Source: a virus (taxonomy: Duplodnaviria > Caudoviricetes). Taken from it: 30,284 nucleotides of DNA. Position numbers and translations under genes: made by a program. Shown piece by piece: positions 26,278 to 30,284 of the stretch. Location: positions 1 through 30,284 of the IMG/VR virus record IMGVR_UViG_3300027815_000015, one strand, 5' to 3'. Below the pieces are notes generated by a model that searched no databases, had not been told where the DNA came from, and was given only the letters and a program-made list of their open reading frames with translations. Each line of letters begins with the position of its first letter. Position 1 is the stretch's first letter.

Positions 26278-26387
26278 TCCGCGACCTCATCCTTTTCCTC
26301 GCGCCGGGCAGCGGCATCCTGCTGATCGCCGTTGCCGCGCTGGCGACATCCTTCAATCCATTTCGACCGCGTAACCATGGAGAGTGA
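26274..26387 (+). CDS. 37-aa single-TM protein (not in ORF track)
   Basis: MIRDLILFLAPGSGILLIAVAALATSF...; GGAGG SD; ATGA overlap. Confidence 0.55.
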   Translation: MIRDLILFLAPGSGILLIAVAALATSFNPFRPRNHGE

Positions 26388-26389
26388 AC

Positions 26390-26785
26390 GTGGCAAAGAG
26401 AGAAGAAGCGAAGAAAGGCCCCGACCCGACCGACATCTATGTCGGAGGCCGCGTAAAGGTCGCGCGCGTTATGGTGTGCTTGAGCCAAGAAACACTTGGC
26501 GATGCGCTCGGCATCACATTCCAGCAGGTGCAGAAATACGAGAAAGGCACCAACCGGATCAGCGCGAGCAAGCTGCAAATGATTGCGACTGCACTTGATC
26601 GCCCGGTCGGCTGGTTCTTCGGCGACGATGGAAAGTTGCCTAAGAAGGAAGGCGCTGACATCCTCCTGCAAATGCTGGGGTCTCCGGGCGGCGTTGCGCT
26701 GGCGCAAGACTATATCGCGATCAAACGCAACAACGACCGGCATGTGGTGGCGAACGTCGCCCATGCGCTGGCGCGCGCCGGATGA
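26390..26785 (+). CDS. XRE-family HTH regulator, PraR/PhrR-like
   Basis: PDPTDIYVGGRV...SQETLGDALGITFQQVQKYEKGTNRISASKL; GTG 26390 (or 26384). Confidence 0.85.
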   Translation: MAKREEAKKGPDPTDIYVGGRVKVARVMVCLSQETLGDALGITFQQVQKYEKGTNRISASKLQMIATALDRPVGWFFGDDGKLPKKEGADILLQMLGSPGGVALAQDYIAIKRNNDRHVVANVAHALARAG

Positions 26786-27030
26786 CGCCCAATCTTGCCG
26801 AGCGCATCAAGAACATCGTGGCAGCCACCTATGGTGCGGCGGCTGACGTGCTCGTGCCTGAGACGCGCTTTTCCGAGCATCCTGGCATCGACGATCTCGA
26901 CCGCCACTTCATGCTGGAGGTCGAGGCGGCATTCGGCATCACGCTCTCCGACGACGACAAGGCTGATCTGCACACGGTCGGCGATCTCGTGAGCATCGTC
27001 GAGCGGAAACTCAAAGTCACGGGAGAATAG
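26782..27030 (+). CDS. Acyl carrier protein-like protein lacking the phosphopantetheine-acceptor Ser
   Basis: 82 aa acidic; ERIKNIV...PETRF..GIDDLD...EVEAAFGITLSDDD...TVGDLV aligns by eye to ACP; DDL replaces DSL. Confidence 0.8.
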   Translation: MTPNLAERIKNIVAATYGAAADVLVPETRFSEHPGIDDLDRHFMLEVEAAFGITLSDDDKADLHTVGDLVSIVERKLKVTGE

Positions 27031-27032
27031 TT

Positions 27033-27392
27033 GTGAGCAAGTGCAATACGCAATTTGTCCTGCCGCCCCACGAGCGCCCGCCGGGACTGGCGCCAGCCGA
27101 AGAGGCGCAGCTGCCCCTCGGTGGAAACCGGCCTGCCTCTGCCGCCGCCGAGGAAACACTGCCCGGCACGGCCCTCCCGATTGATGTGATGGGCCGGGTG
27201 TTGAACACGGCTTCCGACGCCCTGAGTGATCTCAGATTCGCCCGCGCTCAGAACGATTGGGCCGCGCTCGAAGACGCCGCGAAGCGTCTAGCCGCAGCCC
27301 TGCGCCCCGATCCGCTCGCGCTCGCGCGCAATCTCGCAAGAACGATCGCGGCGGAACGTCCCCGCGAAAAGTCCCACCAAGCAAAGGAGTGA
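27033..27392 (+). CDS. Hypothetical protein
   Basis: 119 aa, GGAG SD, GTG start. Confidence 0.55.
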   Translation: MSKCNTQFVLPPHERPPGLAPAEEAQLPLGGNRPASAAAEETLPGTALPIDVMGRVLNTASDALSDLRFARAQNDWAALEDAAKRLAAALRPDPLALARNLARTIAAERPREKSHQAKE

Positions 27393-27398
27393 TGCGTC

Positions 27399-28823
27399 AT
27401 GACGCTTAAATTATTGCAACCCGCCGAAGTGACCTCGGCCTTTCTAAAGATGGGCCTCCTGGGCTTCCAGGGCTCCGGCAAGACAAAGACGGCAAGCAAG
27501 ACCGGCACCGGTCTCATCAAGCTCTGCAAGGAGCTGCGCCTGCCTTATGCCGACAAACCGGCCGCGTTTCTCGACACCGAGACGGGATCGGATTGGGTCA
27601 TTCCGGATTTCAAGGCAGCCGGCATCGAATTGGTGAGCAAGAAGACGCGCGCCTTTGCCGACCTTCTGACCGTCACCAGGGAAGCCGAGGCGGAGTGCTC
27701 CTTGCTGATTATCGACAGCATCAGTCACTTCTGGAAGGAACTTACCGATTCCTACTGCAAGCGCAAAGCTGAGCAGATAAAGAGTTCGAGCTATCGGCTG
27801 CAATTCCAGGATTGGGCCTATCTGAAGGGCGAATGGAGCAAGTTCACCGACCTCTACGTTAACTCCAGCCTGCACATCATCCTCTGCGGACGGGCCGGGT
27901 TTGAGTACGACTATTTCGAGAACGATGAAGGCAAGAGGGAGCTTGAAAAGACCGGCATCAAGATGAAGGCCGAGGGCGAAATGGGCTACGAGCCCTCTTT
28001 GCTCGTTCTCATGGAGCGGCAGCAGAAAATCGAGGGAAACCGCGTCACCAGCGTCTGGCGCGAAGCCACGGTCATCAAGGACCGATCAACGCTGCTCGAC
28101 GGCCAGGTCTTTGTCGATCCTGATTTTGTGCACTTCATGCCGCATATCAAACGCCTCAACCTGGGTGGCAAACAGCTTGGCGTCGATACGACTCGCACCA
28201 GCGAGCACGTCATCTCAACTGAAAAAAAGGATTGGCATTCCACTCAGAAGACGATCGTGCTGGAGGAAATCGAATCTCTGATGGTGGAGTTCTATCCGGG
28301 ACAAACCAAAGAGGACAAGCAGGCCAAGGCCGCGCTCATCCTCAAGCACTTCGGCACTCGGTCCTGGACCGAGGTTTGCACCAAGCAGCTGATCGACCTG
28401 CGCGCCAGCTATGACGCCCTGCACCAGGAATTGAAGCAGGAGCCTTCCCGTTACGCCGCTCTCCTCGCGCCGGGGGCGATCACCACGGACCTCAACGACA
28501 GCCTGCCAGACCATTCGGCGCCGCCCATTCAGCAGTCGCTGCGGGAAACGCTGCTGGCGGACTTGGCCGGCCTCACCACCCCAACCGACGTGCTGCACTG
28601 GACGCTACAAGTCAGCCTCATGACTGACCTGACCATGGAGGACCGCAACGTCATCAACAGCGCGGTCATGGCGCGTCAGGCCGAGATCAACAAGAAGGCC
28701 GCGCCACAGGAGGAAGAGCCGGAGAAGGACAAGCCGCCGGAGCCGAAGCCCGAAGGCGGCGGCAAGGCGCGCGCCGGCAACAAGAGAGCGATCTCGCCCG
28801 AAGACGCGCTGACGACGGGGTGA
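27399..28823 (+). CDS. P-loop ATPase, Sak4/AAA_24-like phage recombination protein
   Basis: Walker A GFQGSGKT, FLDTE, Walker B LLIIDSISH, YEPSL, IKDRS; AAGGAG SD. Confidence 0.85.
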   Translation: MTLKLLQPAEVTSAFLKMGLLGFQGSGKTKTASKTGTGLIKLCKELRLPYADKPAAFLDTETGSDWVIPDFKAAGIELVSKKTRAFADLLTVTREAEAECSLLIIDSISHFWKELTDSYCKRKAEQIKSSSYRLQFQDWAYLKGEWSKFTDLYVNSSLHIILCGRAGFEYDYFENDEGKRELEKTGIKMKAEGEMGYEPSLLVLMERQQKIEGNRVTSVWREATVIKDRSTLLDGQVFVDPDFVHFMPHIKRLNLGGKQLGVDTTRTSEHVISTEKKDWHSTQKTIVLEEIESLMVEFYPGQTKEDKQAKAALILKHFGTRSWTEVCTKQLIDLRASYDALHQELKQEPSRYAALLAPGAITTDLNDSLPDHSAPPIQQSLRETLLADLAGLTTPTDVLHWTLQVSLMTDLTMEDRNVINSAVMARQAEINKKAAPQEEEPEKDKPPEPKPEGGGKARAGNKRAISPEDALTTG

Positions 28824-28827
28824 ACCC

Positions 28828-29001
28828 GTGATCCAAGCAGCCGCATTCCTTACTGGTGCTGGCCTGAGTGCGGCTGCTGCTGCCTACGTCGCCCGGAGCT
28901 TTGGGCGGTTTCCAATTGTGCCTCCCGCGTGGTTCCTGCTTGTCGCTTCAACAGCCGGCGCTGTGTGGCTTCTTCTCTATTTGATCGGACAGTCGTGTTA
29001 A
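28828..29001 (+). CDS. 57-aa two-TM membrane protein (not in ORF track)
   Basis: GTG start: MIQAAAFLTGAGLSAAAAAYVA...WFLLVASTAGAVWLLLYLIGQSC*. Confidence 0.45.
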   Translation: MIQAAAFLTGAGLSAAAAAYVARSFGRFPIVPPAWFLLVASTAGAVWLLLYLIGQSC

Positions 29002-29038
29002 CCATGCAGAAACTATCCGCAGCGATTAAATCATCCGC

Positions 29039-29512
29039 ATGGATTTGTGCGTGGTCCGGCAGAAGCGCCATCTGGCGATCGTGCCGGCGACCGAGCTTGA
29101 CGAGGAGCGCCTGCGCTCCATCCGCACCTGGGACCCGTTTCAGGTGCAGGTGCATTTCGCGCGCACCAGCAAGCTCAATCGCTGGTATCGCGGGCTGGTC
29201 GGGAAAGTCGCCGAGGCGATCGACGCCAGCCCCGACGCGCTCCACGCCGAGCTTAAATTCAAGGCCGGGCTCATCGAGCAGCTCATCCCGGTGTTTTCAG
29301 CGGGCCGCGGCTCGGTGGCGATCCGGCTCAAGTCCACGGCCTTTCCGGCAATGGAAGATGCCGTCTTCAGCAACTATTGCGACTACGCGGTGGAGCTGCT
29401 GCACCGGGATTATCTGCCGCAGATCACCAGCCGGTTCTGGCAGCGGCAGATCATTGAATGGGCGGGGCGGCGCCCGCGGCTGGATCCGCAGATCAAGCCC
29501 AAGGTGGCGTGA
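29039..29512 (+). CDS. NinB/DUF1367-like recombination accessory protein
   Basis: RTSKLNRWYRGLV, LHAELKFKAG, KSTAFPAMEDAVF motifs; follows the Sak4-like gene. Confidence 0.7.
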   Translation: MDLCVVRQKRHLAIVPATELDEERLRSIRTWDPFQVQVHFARTSKLNRWYRGLVGKVAEAIDASPDALHAELKFKAGLIEQLIPVFSAGRGSVAIRLKSTAFPAMEDAVFSNYCDYAVELLHRDYLPQITSRFWQRQIIEWAGRRPRLDPQIKPKVA

Positions 29513-29536
29513 GCGTCCTGGCCGGAGTGACCGGCT

Positions 29537-29839
29537 ATGACGGAGCCGCGCGAACGCCTCTCCCGATTTGAAATTGTCGTCATGCGCTGGCTATTCAGCT
29601 TTGGCGGCGCTCTGCGCCCCATCAGAATGAGCGTCAAGTTCCGCGAGCCGATCCGCAAGCTCTGGCGCAAGGGCGTCGTTGAAATTTGGTGGCGCAATCC
29701 GCCGAGCAACTTGCCGGCCTCGCCCGGGCCATTTTACGCGCTGTCCGCGTCAGGCGCGCTCCTGGCGCAGAAGTTTTTCCGTCGCGATCAATTACACCCG
29801 GCGCCTCGCGGGATTTCAGGGGTGGAGCACAAGACATGA
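29537..29839 (+). CDS. Hypothetical protein, possibly winged-helix
   Basis: 100 aa, GGAG SD; LWRKGVVE...FYALSASG. Confidence 0.6.
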   Translation: MTEPRERLSRFEIVVMRWLFSFGGALRPIRMSVKFREPIRKLWRKGVVEIWWRNPPSNLPASPGPFYALSASGALLAQKFFRRDQLHPAPRGISGVEHKT

Positions 29840-30123
29840 GCAAGAAGAACGGCGAACGCGCCGTGCTGGTCACCACCACTCACCGGGGCGTTTTCTTCGG
29901 ATACGCCACCAAAACTGACGGCGCAACGATCAAGCTGCGCGCGGCCCGCAACTGCATTTATTGGCCGGCCGAGAACAAGGGCTTCCTCGGTCTTGCCAGT
30001 ATGGGGCCGGTGAAGGGATCGCGCATCGGCCCTGCGGCCGACGTCGAATTACGCGACATCACCTGCGTGGCCGAGTGCACCACCGCGGCGGTGACGGCGT
30101 GGGAGTCCGCGCCGTGGAAGTAA
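29836..30123 (+). CDS. DUF6948-like (Sm/LSm-like beta) phage protein
   Basis: Start ATG 29836: VLVTTTHRGVFFG...LRAARNCIYW...GLASMGP. Confidence 0.75.
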   Translation: MSKKNGERAVLVTTTHRGVFFGYATKTDGATIKLRAARNCIYWPAENKGFLGLASMGPVKGSRIGPAADVELRDITCVAECTTAAVTAWESAPWK

Positions 30124-30284
30124 CTTCCCTGAATGCAAAACTTGTCCGGGGCGAAGTCCCAGACGCATTTAAAACCGGCGACGGCGACGGCTACGGCTAC
30201 GGCGACGGCTACGGCTCCGGCGACGGCGACGGCTACGGCTACGGCTCCGGCTACGGCTCCGGCTCCGGCTCCGGCTACGGCTAC
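30114..30284 (+). CDS. Gly-X (GD/GY/GS) dipeptide-repeat protein, 3' truncated by the window edge
   Basis: GGAG SD, GTG 30114: MEVTSLNAKLVRGEVPDAFKTGDGDGYGYGDGYGSG... Confidence 0.7.
   Translation, partial: MEVTSLNAKLVRGEVPDAFKTGDGDGYGYGDGYGSGDGDGYGYGSGYGSGSGSGYGY
30177..30284 (+). repeat. Hexamer tandem array GGC(GAC/TAC/TCC) x18
   Basis: Uninterrupted 6-bp period to the end of the window. Confidence 0.95.

Larger units (their letters stand above)
1..30284. mobile_element. Temperate phage/prophage segment (lambdoid organisation, P22-like portal, N4-gp56-like capsid); both ends lie outside the window
   Basis: Contiguous terminase-portal-scaffold-capsid-tail module, divergent cI/cro switch, replication and recombination genes; no host housekeeping genes. 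Confidence 0.95.

Noticed and set aside
30177-30284. CRISPR-like or telomere-like array
   Set aside because: 6-bp period without spacers, in frame within an ORF

Overview
The whole window is part of one GC-rich temperate phage or prophage of probable alphaproteobacterial (Hyphomicrobiales-like) origin, with a lambdoid layout and P22/N4-like podovirus head genes. The minus strand, read right to left from about 23.6 kb, carries cro-like and cII-position genes, an N4/N6 DNA methyltransferase, a replication initiator with internal iterons, a Q-position gene with a structured late leader, small ORFs, terS, terL, two virion-like genes, the portal, scaffold, N4-gp56-type major capsid, a decoration-like protein, a head-tail adaptor, two tail fibre/spike-like proteins and a membrane-anchored SGNH hydrolase moron that runs off the left edge and is absent from the ORF track. 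The plus strand carries a cI-like repressor and an early operon with a PraR/PhrR-like XRE regulator, an acyl-carrier-protein-like gene whose phosphopantetheine Ser is replaced by Asp, a Sak4/AAA-type ATPase, a NinB/DUF1367-like gene, a DUF6948-like gene and a Gly-X repeat ORF cut by the right edge. A 759-bp internally deleted IS1-like element (21-bp TIRs, 8-bp TSD) carrying passenger genes splits a small phage gene. No integrase, endolysin, RNA gene or CRISPR array was recognised. All family assignments are by motif recognition from memory, not database searches.
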